A stretch of 64,000 nt of DNA from Takakia lepidozioides. Its lineage: Eukaryota > Plantae > Bryophyta. Numbering within the stretch: the first letter of the stretch is position 1; each line of letters starts with the position of its first letter. The translations under genes were made by a program, and so were the position numbers. Shown here one piece after another: positions 35,570 to 48,651 of the stretch. The notes beneath the pieces are model-generated. The model was not told where the DNA came from, searched no databases, and saw only the letters and a program-made list of their open reading frames with translations. The stretch covers positions 3,658,001 to 3,722,000 of the forward strand of contig CM060733.1 of NCBI GenBank assembly GCA_030704615.1. Reading direction: 5' to 3'.

Positions 35570-38350
35570 ATATAACGCCAACCGAAGTCAGCGTAAATAA
35601 GAGCCTCCTCCCCTTGCGGGTACTAACTCCTTTCAGGGGTGGGTTCTATCCGCACCGTAACCTATCACAATGTGGCTAGATGGCCACTTTCAATCTTACG
35701 TTTATTGAGGATTAGGGATGTGAGTGATGTAATAGTTGTGAAGTGCAAGGCTCGTAGTAGAGGTGTAGTGTATTTGGGTGGTAGGTTGAGATTATCTTTT
35801 AAACCTTGGATATTATGGGTATGAGCACTGCCGACACCGGCAGTGATGACGGTCAAAGGTGTCGTGTTCCATCCTCGCTGACGGAGGGCATGTATGATTG
35901 GGCCATATTTTTCGTGTTTGTACATAATTGATTGATTTGGATTTCGATCATGGCAAGATGCGAATTCCAACAAATGTATTTTGAGAATCGGAAGCGGTTC
36001 CGTCGGCAGCAATGCCAGTACAAGAAGTCCCTGGACTAGTAAAATATCTGGGCATAGCCTTGTCAGGCAAAGGCACGAGGGAGCATACACAAGTAGTAGC
36101 CATGGGGGTATAGTGTGGTCCGGTGGGTGACCTTGAAACGTGTCTGCATTGATGAGGTTAAACCATCTGGATTTCGGATGTGAAGTGACATTTTGTGGAG
36201 TTGTCTAATCCATTGGCAACCCATGAATTATGGGGTGGTTGCAATGGAGAAGTAAGTGTGGCCATGAATCTATTTAGGGATTTTGGGATGAACATAACAT
36301 GCAATATTTATTAGGATATAATAATGGCCAAAACAAGGTCTGTCATTGATTGCCCATGTAGTGACCATACCGAAATTTCAGAGTGTGTTTGATTTGTGGA
36401 TCAGTAACCCTGGGGGATGTCCAAAAATGATTGGACATACTATGTAGCAGGTGCGGGGACGAGACCCACTTAGATATGTAGGAATTTCTGTAGGTACGGG
36501 ATTCTTGTACGAGTAGTTTGGTCTCGCCTTGAATGTGTGTGTGCAGGTTCTGTATATGTGCTATGGTCGGGGATCTAGCTCTTGTTGATCCGAGCTAGGG
36601 GTATGTGTGCGTCCGGTGGATAGGGCTGGTCGAGGGGTTGGTGATATGCTGAATGGCACCAAGTTGAGCAAGATGGTCTGCTATGTCACTACCTATTATG
36701 TTTGTGTGAGATCGAACTTTATGTATATGGATTTGCAGCGGTAAAAATGATACAACATCGACGATTCCTTTTATAAGTGTAATATCATGATGGTGGATTT
36801 GTGACGATGGCTTGCAGATTTGATTGGTGAGAAGGTGTAGGGAGACCAAGCTGTCTGTAAATAAATAGTATGTTGAAGTAGGTTGGTAGGGGAGAGACTT
36901 GAGAGCATCATGTATAGCCATAAGTTCCACTCGCAAGATATTCTGGCGACCAGGGAGACGGCTATATATTTTGGTGTTGGTGCCAACCAAATATATATCA
37001 TAACTCGCCTTGGCATCTTTTAAGGAGCCATCATTAAATATGCATTTTTGTGGTGGAAATTTGAAGGTTGTGGGTTCCGTGAAATCCGGGAGTGGTATAG
37101 CAAAGGTTTTTTTGTCTCGTTGCCCTAAGAGACTTGGGGGTCACGTATCTCCATGGTTAGTCCGGGTTGATTCGGGAAAATTTGTTGGGTGTTTGGGTAG
37201 GCGGGTGGACCGTGGCTGTGTGACCAAATAAATGTTTTAGAATCTAGTCCAGTTGATGGTAGAAAGTAGTAGGTATTTGCGGGTTTTGTGAGTGGTATAC
37301 ACATACCAGTTTAGTTAGTAAAGGTTCTGGCTATTGCATGTAATAACGTCACGGCGGTGGGGGTTGATAAGCGATTGAGCGAGGCTCAAATGTAATTAGC
37401 ACGAATACTCCAAGGGGGTCGTTTAGTATTGGGTGTTTAGAGTTTGTATGGTTAGTATTAGGTGAATGATTCTGGAGACATATGTGCAGCAATGCGCGCC
37501 CAATGAAACGCTTTACTGGTGGAAACGGCATTGGGGGGGTGTGCAAACCCTCGCCCTTGCCACCGGTGGGACCTTGCAGTCCCCAAGGATCCAAAGTACT
37601 GATCTATGTCGTGTAAACTCGAGTAAGTAAATAAACCCAATGGGCATATGAGAAGGTTAGAGTAGTATGAGTGAGTGAGTTGCAGCTCCGTGATGAGGAG
37701 TCTAGAAGGAGCATGGGGAGGGTCGATTGAGAGTGTGCAAGTGAAAGTTTGTTTGTTGTTGTGGGTGTTTTGGGTGGCAGATCTTGTGCATAACGTTGGA
37801 CGAGTCTGGAGACGTGTATCGCAAATGTTGATGGTATGTGCGGGTCTGTGAGGTGGAGTGGGTTAGAATGAAACATTTCCCATAACCGCTCCAATCTTTG
37901 GAGTGTAATGCTACCAATGTAGTACCATACTTGTCCATATATGTGTGTCAAATTATTGTGAATGTGAATGTGGGGCTGAGACTTCAGGATGTCTTTATCT
38001 GGTTTACATTCAGCTATAGAGATGTATAGATTTGGGATACTTCTTTGGCGAGTTGATGAAGCGTCTATTGCTGCTTGTGGTTCATCCGCGTGTGGCGTAT
38101 GAATACATGCGACAAGTAGTGGGTACTAATTCGTCAGTGGTGTTCGGGAACCATCTAAATATTATGGTGTAGATTGGGGTTTGGACAGTGGGTGCTAAAA
38201 AAATGATCTTTGTTTTCCCAGGTGTTACGTTTGAGAGTTGTTCCCTTCCATTGACAGTTGTACAATGTTTTAACACGTGTGGTTCCATATTGATCCAAAG
38301 ACATTTTTTGTTCCTCCGATAACCACCATGATATCATCAATGACAAACAT
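35570..38350 (-). mobile_element. Dualen/RandI-like RLE LINE, 3' relic (chromo-like, PCIF1-like MTase, RNase H, CCHC, RLE)
   Basis: Minus strand, in order: YNCQWKG...NTWE (about 38270-38215); YSSLHDIDQYFGSLG...GFAHPP (37640-37540); FNDGS...ELMAIHDAL...FTDSL...HKVRSH...ADHLA (37045-36660); CMLC...HLLLHC (36303-36240); PDI...IHLLEF...K..KY (36090-35665). Many stops. Confidence 0.7.
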
Positions 38351-39458
38351 TCGTGTCTCTATAAATTCAATATAAGAGTTCATGTCCTGCAAGGATGTAT
38401 CTTTCCCCTTGTAGGAATGTCTAGTGCATACCCTCAAATCAAGATCATCTGTCTCACTTTCTTTATTTGTCGTTGGTTTAACCACTAAAGCTTTTGGATA
38501 GCCGACTTTGTCAATGGAACCTACTCGGACTTGAATACATTCCCCAAAGCATCAAAGACTTCATCGTTTTCTCACTTCTCGAACGTCTCCTCCCACAACT
38601 TCCAAACATCGTCATCAGAATGGATCAACACCAAAGCTTCATTCACTGAGTTCTTTTCCAATATAACCAATGTCGCTTGCATAAACTCCTTGAGTCAAGA
38701 GCACAATTGTTTTTAGAACCAACCCTGCAACGATGATATTTTTTCAAATCCCCTGTCCAGAAATTGTATACATAAATAAAGAACAGGGTTATAAGAAGAA
38801 TGTATACCTTCCACATGATAGTCATGAGGTCGTGTAAGCCTTACGTTTGTGTTTAAGTATTGAACGTCTGTCAGTGTTGCCGAATGTTTTGTTACATTTC
38901 AGAGTAGTTTACATAGGTGTGATAGTCTAGTTGAGCTAGTAACAACCTTTTGAAGTATTCTTTTCTTTATGACATTTGTTTCACGATAACGAGAGTACTG
39001 TCCAAAGACATGTTTACAAACCTTACATGGATTCATTTCAGAATTCATAACCACCTCTGCAGTCGATCAGTACTGGCTGATCTATCGCTGGAATGGTTTT
39101 GACGTAGAGTTGCGCCCTTAATTACCTCCGTGGCGGGGCTTACTGGGTCTGCAGTCAAAGAACATATTTTTATTCTTGCGATGTACACATTTGGAGTGGG
39201 TATGAATCTTAGTTCTGGGCTGGATATGTGTGCGTGCTCACGTGTTTATATATAACAAGCTTAGCAATTCATCGTTGTTCGTCTTAGACTGTGGTAATTT
39301 CTTGCATACTCTACTTTCTTTGAAGTCAGAAATTCGGTCTGCAATGACCATTTGTGGGTGAAGAGACACCAGCAGTTGTGCTTCTTCCTATCCTTGTCAA
39401 ATTTTGGAGAACCTGTATAAGTAGTTATGACACTACTGCTGTTTCAAGAAGTGGACAT

Positions 39459-39522
39459 GGGGTCAATGGTTAGAGTAGTTAGTGGGAGGCCATGTGGTCG
39501 GGGGTTCAACTCCCACTGTGGA
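39459..39522 (+). mobile_element. tRNA-derived SINE head or tRNA pseudogene
   Basis: A-box-like CAATGGTTAGAG and B-box GGTTCAACTCCC with tRNA-like spacing, but no complete cloverleaf. Confidence 0.4.
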
Positions 39523-41619
39523 AATGCACGAAAATAGGTGATATATCGCGGTTATGGGGTCCCCTTCTTAGGCCAGGCTCACATGAGCTTATGAGTAGCC
39601 TCACGAATTAACATTCCTCGTCTTAGGACTTTACTGCACATTTCCCTCATATCTTTGCGATGAAACCAGGGGGTCAGTTCCTTGTGTATGGATCTCGTAT
39701 GGATTATGCAATTTCATCTGAAGTTGTCCACTCCACCTCCTTGAAATGTATGTTGTATTGGGGAATGTAAACCGTAGCCATATTTTCGACGTTGACAGCT
39801 TTCCATGACAAGCTCAATTGCACGCATAAATGGTGTGCTTGAAATGGTTGTGCACATCTTGGACAATTTGCAATAACAGATCTTTAGGAGAAGGTATACC
39901 AATGGAGCTCAAACATTATATGACATTGTGATGAATATTTGAAGGGCTACAACAACATCCCTACATTGAGGTGTCATTGAGTAAGGAGACCACAGGAGTG
40001 ATGGCTGACGACACTAATATCAAAAGCAACATTGTTTGTGAAGAAGTAGAATGTAGACAAAGCGCATAAATCTACATTCAAATAACTAATATATATATAA
40101 ATGTGGAGCATATCTATAGGAGCAGCGAAGTATGAGCGACTTATGTCTACAAGAAGACGATTCAAATCAATGAAAAAGAGAAGTGTTTCTACTATACTAA
40201 AGAAGAATTTGTGAATGATATGGAAGATCTGCGGAAGATTGTGGATCATGGCAATTCTAACGTACCCATTGAAGACCTATGTCCTCTCATGTTTCGATGT
40301 TGGAAATGTAGCACCCAACTTGTATCCATGAAAACCAATAAAAACATACCGCTAAAGAAACCACAATTAAACGTGACTATGATCGCTATCAGATTTCAGT
40401 TCATACCGGAAAACCGTTACCTGACAGTATGTTTTTGATGAATCCTGAGGCGGAGGCCTTACTACTCTCTGAAGACACACTCAATTACTCAAGACGCAAA
40501 CAGAAATGCGAATTTGCAATGTATGTTGTAATATCATTATACATATATGTTATTTATTTTCATTATGTTTAGTCTGTTTGACGATCCTTCTATTGAAATG
40601 TTTGTTTACTATTTATGTGATTGTGTGGAACGTTATTGTACAGTTGAGGCTACAACAAGATAAACAAAACAGTACCGTTTCCTCGAGTATGGGTATCCGA
40701 AGCAAATCCAGCTTCATGTTCAGATGTTATTTTGTGTATTGAAAGACATGGTACGATCGTGCAACCTTTACCTCATGCTAACGAGTCCTCAAACTTTACC
40801 TTTCATTCCACAATTAGAAGAGAACTTGAAAACTTTGAGAAACCAGTAAAAAAAAATTTCTAAGCGTTTGAAAGAAGCAGAGAATCGACTCCATTGGTCC
40901 GAGATTCTCTTGAGATTGTACAAGCCAATCCAAGAACTACATGTGTTGCAATAAGAAGTACTGTATATTGAACAGTCAAGAATTGATAAGTCTTCTGTTG
41001 TCTTGAAATATGTGACATGATTTGCTTCATATGTAGATATTTGGATTTCAAAAAAATGTTGGTTCTCCTGTTAATCATATGGTATGGATAATTTAACAAT
41101 AATGAATTAAATCGTTGTGGACGCAAGTGATAGCCACTATGCTCCAGAAATGGAAATTTTGGATGAAGACTACATGTACGTACACATGGTATGCCTACAC
41201 CGTACATTGAGTCAATGTTCTTTCGTTTGTTGGTTTGTTTGAATCTAACACTTACTTTCTTTGTTTTATTATACAGTGATATGTGCTCACCCTCTTTAAT
41301 AGACTTCCACATCCAATATCGTAAAGAACCAGATAAAGCAGTATATTTGACACGTTATTTGGAGTTAAAAGATAAAAATAAGATGCATTGTGACTGGTCA
41401 ATTGATGATGGTGGGGTCTTAAAGAATAACTGTAGTATAAACACCAACGAACTGTAGTAATGAAGACATTTTATGAACCTAACAAAATATCGTATATACA
41501 AAACATCTTAAAATACCATTACCAAAAGAATTTGTATGATCATGCGACGTCTGAATCTATGTGCTCAGTTTCAGAGGGGTGTTTGAATGAACATATGCTA
41601 CATACTACCACATTTTCTA

Positions 41620-43051
41620 GATTAAATAGTGTAGAGTCGGAATTCAAGCATTTTCTACAACATTGGCGTTTGAAAGAACCTATGATAATAATCGATGTAT
41701 CTATTTCATCTAGGGTAGATTAGAGTCTCGAAGGAATGAAAACGTGTGTGAAAAGGGTTAATGTACATATTATCTCTATTAATCATACAATCATTAGATA
41801 TTCTACTTGGGAGTCAAGTCCAAAGTTAACTTTAGGAGCATTTATTGATGGATATAATTCGAAGGTCGGAAGGAATTATTAAACAAAAAATTGGCATTCT
41901 CACAACATTTTGAAGAAGTGTTTCACATTCATTATAGAGAATTTGTAGATCTTTTACCAGTTTCAAAGTATACCCATCCGGAAGGGATTCTAAACCTAAC
42001 TAGATATTTCCCTATTAACCTTAAGAAAACCGACATGGGACCAAAAGGCGTACATTGCATATGGACAATAAAAAGAGAGGGAAGATGGTGATTCAATTAC
42101 CTATATCCACATGGACTTTTTTGATGCGGTATGTACTATCACGAGCTCATCACCCGCATGTTTTACATTTCTCCAATTATAGTTCTTTGATTATGTTCCT
42201 AAAGTTGTTTTTAGTAATTAGCTCATTTGCTTCATTGTACTGATATAAGTTTGTCTTTTAGATTAACATCATGGTGCATACTCCAACAACGATTGTTCCT
42301 TCCGAAACTGCATTGTTGTGGCATATATTCCCTGCCAACACAGTTGACACTCTGAATGACTTCTTGAATAAACACAAGAAAAAATTATTGGGTATTTGAA
42401 AGAGCGACAATCCAGATCTATCTACTATTCCTCCAGCATTATCTTTTAAGTTCTACTTGAAAAAATCCATGTTAAAACTTTTGTAGGATAAAACGTGTAC
42501 ACATTTTCCTTATGCATGTATATTTTTCTCAAGTGAATATTAAGCTTTGTGTGTTATTATGTTACGCGTTATTATAGATATCACCGATATATTTTTCTAA
42601 TACATATAGGTGTAAAGCCATCGGAGCACATTAAAAAAATGGATGAAGCAGTACTTCTCCTAGGAGGTTGTCCACATCAAGTTCGGAAATCTGTCGATAT
42701 GGATCCATTGCAATCCCATGATGTCAGTGTTGTGTATATTCAAGTGAAAGACGAATACATTGTTCTTTAAAATAAGGTATGATGCGGAAATGTATATGTG
42801 ATTATCCATAGAGATGCTAAAAGCATATGCACACTAATATGTGTAGCTTACATTGTTTTTGCTCGAAAATTTGTTATGTGCAGGCATATGTGAAATTAGC
42901 CAAGTATTTCATCTCCTATGAACATGTTGAAGACTGTTTGACATTGTCCAAATTATTTTTGAAATGCGGTCAAAGAGATAAATGTCAAGTTATGAAAGTT
43001 GCACTACATGCCGCTGATTATGCAGTTCAACGTTTAATACAACTCGCATGA
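41620..43051 (+). pseudogene. KDM3/JHDM2 (IBM1/JMJ25-like) JmjC histone demethylase relic with introns
   Basis: HFLQHWRLKEPMII; FEE...EFVDLLP..KYTHPEGILNL...DMGPK(A)YIAYG; GDSITYIHMDFFDA|INIMVHT; LLWHIF; EAVLLLGGCPHQVR; FISYEHVEDCL...DKCQVMK. Contains stops and frameshifts. Confidence 0.75.
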
Positions 43052-43488
43052 CATCTATGAGCACTGTAAGTACATTCCAGGTGATCTATACATTTTCGAA
43101 AGTGGTAGTGTGCAATATGTAACTTGGAATGAGACGGTGTGTTGGCTGATGCAAGGGTGACGATAATTGTAGTGGACAGGCAATGAATTGGTAAATATTG
43201 CCATTGGAAATCCTTTACATGATCTAGAAAGTAAATCCATTGGTATGGCAGCTGCTGACTTTGATAGTGATGGCTAAGAGGAGGTACTACTCTCTTTCCG
43301 AAGAATGTTTTTCCCGTTCCCTTTCCACTTTTCCAACAACCACTAATAAAATGTGTTCATCATGTGAATGTTGAAAAAACAAGTCATAGTGGTGCCAGTG
43401 CTTTTCCAAGATTGAGGTCTTGATTGTATTGTCGTTTTAAATTGCAACACGTGTATTTGTCAAAATACATTTTATTTTATTTAGTAAG

Positions 43489-43524
<36 letters not shown>

Positions 43525-46500
43525 ACCGCTTAGCTTGGCGGTCCCAAGTTGTTTTTTAAAGATATCCTGGATTAAATCTGACCGTTTACTCTGGACTTGA
43601 CGTTTTTTTAAGAGTAAAATGATAAAATCAGGATCGCTAGTTTTGGTGTCGATGTGCTTTAATATTTTGTAATTAATCTTACGAATGAAATCGGAACCGC
43701 CAGGATTGGGGGTCCCAATTTTATTTAAATATTTTCAGTGAGAGCGTTAGTACTGGTGTCTAAATTTTATTTAAATAAAATTTAATTATATATATATATA
43801 TATAAATAAAAGCTAGCGTGACACTTTTTTGTTGTTTTTTTAGGCTCCGTGACTATTTTCATATTTTTTAAACTATGTGGCATATGGTTTTTATCTCTTA
43901 TATTTTTAACTTATTATTATATAAAATTGACGTGCGCAGGTCTGTGTCACGACCTGATGTCATGTCAATGTGCAACCCTACCTTAAATTACAAATAGCTC
44001 ACCAGAAAATCTTCAAGCAAGAGGACAATGTATCTTTAATCTTGTATCTTTAATAGGGAGCCACTATTCCCGCTATATGTCTAGAATTTTGGACCATAGT
44101 GGTAAATATAGAGATAGAAATTGCCGCAACCATAGTGGTAGAGATAGAAATAGAAATTCATATAGTGCGAATTCAGATGGTAGATCAGACTTGGTGTTTA
44201 CAGTTGAATAAATATTGATTGAATTGATACATTTAAAAATAAATAAAAATTTAAACCATCGTTGTCCGGCAGTCTCTCTTTGCTAGAAGGTCGCTAAAGG
44301 TCGCCCAATTATAGCCCGGCCGTTACCATCTTCCAACGATCGTCCAAAGCTAAAAAAATAATTAAATAAATAAAAACGTTTAGCCATTGTCGTCGGACAG
44401 TCGCTCGGCCGTCATGGTTGTTGAATCAAACAAACAAACAAAAATAAAACAGCATAGCTACAGTCGCCTTGCGGTCTCTCGTCGCCGAAAGGTCACCCAA
44501 ATATCGTCCTGCCATTACCGGCGCCTGGTGGTCCTCCGAACCTGGGAAACAAAATTTAAAAAAAAAAAAACGTAACCACCGTCGCTCGTCGCTCCATGCG
44601 ATGCTGCCACGGTCGTGCAGTACAGATTGGCGCCAAAATACAAAACCTAATAAATATAAAAATATAAAAATAAATTGAGTTTTATATTCTTCCACGTGAC
44701 GTTCCGTGCAATGCTGCACGGATAGGTGCCGTTCATATATATATATATATGTTGTCACGTGTAGCAGCGTCGATAGATACCGCTGCCGCTGCCCCTGAAA
44801 ACATCATTTCTTTGTATGTTAGCACGTCACAGCGTCACGCAATTTCGCCACGTGGAGCAACACAGATAGGCGTCGCGAAAAAATAAAAATAAAAATAAAA
44901 TAATCTTTGGTATGTCGGTGTGATAGGAAGGTGTCTATGTGACGACACATGAAATCAATAAATATTGGTTTATGGTATGTCCAATATGCTTTTGTTTGAT
45001 ACAATATAAGTAATATCGGTGAGACACATTAGTCCAAACGTAATCCAATTGAGAGCCATAAATTGTGCTGCTTAAATTTTGAAATTGTAGTTGCAATGAA
45101 ATGAATTCATAAATACTTACAATTGTTTTCTTGGCACAGAGTTATTTTGTAAAATATCTACACTAAAAATTTTAATACTATTGTCGGATAAAATAAATAT
45201 AAAACTTGTTTCTATTTTGTATTTTATGTTTTGAAAACCATTGAAGGATGAAGCACTTGAACTGAATTAAAAAAGGTTGATGGCAAAGAAACATACAAAC
45301 TAAATAATTGATTGTAGTAGGTGAGTGCAGTTTGGACGTCAAACTCCAGTTTTTCAGTGAGTGTTCTTCATATGATCTGTAACATTGTGCAAATAAGTTT
45401 ATCTTCATCCCAAATGAGATTGAATGTTGCTAGCCATCTACCATATTTACATGTTGGTATGATTATTTTGCAAGTTAGATGATTTTTCATGGAGCTATGG
45501 ACTTTTTAGGATTTGCACTCTGGGCTATCACATTCCCAGTTTGTCCACAATTGGACTCTCAAATACTAACTTGCACTTAGCCATTTTACACATAGAGTCC
45601 GAATATATATTACTGTTGAGGAATAAGAGACATGGATGAATTTGTAGACAATTTCATTCATTTGTTACTGTGCTATGGACTTTTATATACCTCCAAATAT
45701 CCCCAAAATTTCAAAAGTCCATGGTGTTCAAAAAAATTCATATTTGGGTAGAACTCTTCAATGCCAATATAAAGATTGTCATTATCTACAATTTCTTAAA
45801 ACTAGATGGACAAATGTCATATGGAATCGGACACCTATAAATTAGCTATTTGTTTTAATTATGGAATAATATTTTTAATAAAATATTTCTCAAATATTTA
45901 GGATGGACCCATTTACTAAAAGTGTTAGCCATATCATTATCTATCAATGTAAAAATATATTTGAACAAAAAATATAAATTAGTTTTTTGCCCATGGATTT
46001 TCATGAAGGTAACATCTGCCGTTTTTGAGCCACCTGATCATGCATTCACCCTAGTGGATAGGTGAAAGCCATCGAGCATTTCCTACGAATGGCTCATAAT
46101 TCGAATATATTTTTACTACCACCCGCCACACCACAACGGGCGTTTGAGTTCATATTTGTAAGATGCCTAAGGCTCTAGTTTATTTTGTCATCAGGATGTG
46201 CAAAAGAATCCACAAATTATGAGAGCCTCTAGCAGTTGAGAAAGTTGAAGGACCATCCTGTGTACGAATCATAATGTCACATGCAAAGGATGTTGCAGGA
46301 AGAGTTTAACAAGCATATAAGCAAAAATCATATGCAAAGTAGCCTTAGCCGTGGTTGGTGGATCTTATATGGGATTAGACACGCTTACAACGGCTTTTCC
46401 ATAAGTACTAGAGAGCTAGAGTTTTGTGACAAGTCCAGACAACGCAAGAACAAGTAGATGCAACTCCATGCTAGCAACGTACACTACCTTCCAAGCGACA

Positions 46501-47699
46501 TCGAAAAAACGGACCTTATCCCATATGAAATATGCAAAATTGTAATCATAATTTAAGCAAACCTCAATGGACTCTGGAGCATTTGCTTGACAAGTCAAAC
46601 AAACCTGCAAAGTGACAGAAACAAATTCCACCAATTCAATCATATTGACAATATGCAGTTTCCACAAGAAAATGGATTGTTTTGCAGTCTCAATGTGATA
46701 ATTTTAGATTCTTGATCATATAGTGGATATAAAACAATAAGTAACTTGATGGATCTAAAGGGATCTGAGAGGACTTGAGATCTGAGAAAAATTTAAGATT
46801 GTGGAAAGTGGAAAAAATGTGGATACTAATGCACTTGCCCATGTTTGTGTTGTGATGAGCAAATAACCGATTTTAAGGGTGACTCCCCAAAAAAAACAAC
46901 AAAACATCTATCAGCTAAAATGTTGAAGGTAACCAACTAGAGAGAGAAAGAGAGAATATAAGCTTTTGAACCAAAGGAGGTGCATTCAGTATAGGTTTTA
47001 TATGGGGAAGTTATAATAGGTATTAGGATTCACCATTTATCGACAATGATGTGTGGTCTCTTCTTTAGTGAGGAGCCAACAAACGGCCAATGGCTTCTCC
47101 TTGTGAATATTGAAATATACTTTCATCCATAATAAACTTGAAATTCATCGATTTTTTTTTCTTCATAAGTTGTTCAATAACATAGCTTGCTAAGCATGAG
47201 CGCATGGTATTGTTAATAAAGAAAGAGGACACATACCCGGGGATATAGATCTGAGGGCCTATTACCGCGAAAAGTTATGGAACCCTTCGATTTTTCTGTC
47301 CAGAATGCATGCATCTATCGATGGATGTAACAACGCTCACGATGGCGGCATTACGAATGATAGTAGCTACAAAACGATGAATGTCCTTCATTATTGACTT
47401 GCACGAGCAATGCGCTCTAGATTTCACGAGTGTATCATATAGTTGGTGAAACCAACACTATTATTGGCGAAACCGATGATGAGTATGGTTGTGCGTATGG
47501 TTGTGCGCATGCTTGTGCCCTATTTCTCTTATATATGGGAAAAACAACAATCTATTGGCATGGTGGAGGGTGTGTAGGTGGATGGTGATAGTGATGCAGG
47601 TTTGGGGTTTCCTCCCTGGTGGCTGGTGCTGACTATAACTACCTCCATGGAGGTTGTTTGTGACTACTCTCATGCAGGTAGTTTGCAACTATCTTCATG

Positions 47700-48420
47700 T
47701 AAGTCTACCTGCATGGAGCTATAGCTTACAAAGCGCGGGGGCATCACCATCATGGTCGCAGCAGTGGTACCAGGGATGGCTGTCCAGGGCTGTGTTGTTT
47801 GGAAGGCACAAAATTAGCAGAAGATCCTGTGTTGTTGCACTTGTTGCCATCGGATTTCTGGGAGCTGGCCTGTATGTGGTGCTTGCGGATGGCGGTACCG
47901 ATGGAAATTCCAAGGAGGTGGAGGCGCCCCAAAGTACGGCAGATCCGGCAAAGAAGAGAGTGGTGGTCCTTGGAAAGGAATGAGTTTCGTCAAGAATCTA
48001 GACTGTACAGAGCTGGATGTACGTGTTGTATCACCCCGGAACTACTTCGTCTTCACTCCATTACTCCCTAGTGTGACCTCGGGCAATGTGGGGGCGGCCA
48101 GCAACTGAGCCATTCCGCAAGATCATCGGTAAGAAGCACGATGTGCAGTTGTACGAGACAGAATGCGTGAAAATTGACGTGGAAAACAAGCAGGTTATCT
48201 GTGAGGATGTCTCGGAGGTCAAACCGAAGGGGAAAGAGAAGTTTTCTCTCGAGTATGATTACTGGGTTATCGCTGTCGGGGCCTTGCCGAACACATTTGG
48301 CACTCCAGGTGTGGAGAAGCATTGCCATTTTCTCAAGGACATCGAAGATGCCCAAAAAATTCACCAGAATGTCGTGGACTGATTCGAGAGTGCAAGCCTT
48401 CCCCATTTATCGGATGACGA
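47700..48420 (+). pseudogene. Type II NAD(P)H dehydrogenase (NDB-like) N-terminal relic, intronless
   Basis: KKRVVVLG...VVSPRNYFVFTPLLPSVTSG...EPFRKI...YDYWVIAVGALPNTFGTPGVEKHCHFLKDIEDAQKI. The GxGxxG motif is deleted; two frameshifts and one stop. Confidence 0.85.
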
Positions 48421-48651
48421 CAGGTTACCCCAGACAGGTCACACATGGGCTATGGAGGAAGGTGAATGTGAATGTTATATTAGAACTCCTCTACCCAAAG
48501 TAGATGACTGCAGTGCTCTGATAAGCCTGTCAACATACTAATGTCGCAGAAGCCTATCCTCGTGAAGCTTTCTTTCTTGGAAGTGTGTAGCTTGGAGATG
48601 CGCTACACGAGTTTGAGAAGATTTGTAATTAACTGTTTTGAGTCACGCAGG

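Noticed and set aside
43520-47450. AT-rich block with short palindromic repeats
   Set aside because: Probably transposon-derived, but no TIR, TSD or coding motif could be pinned down.
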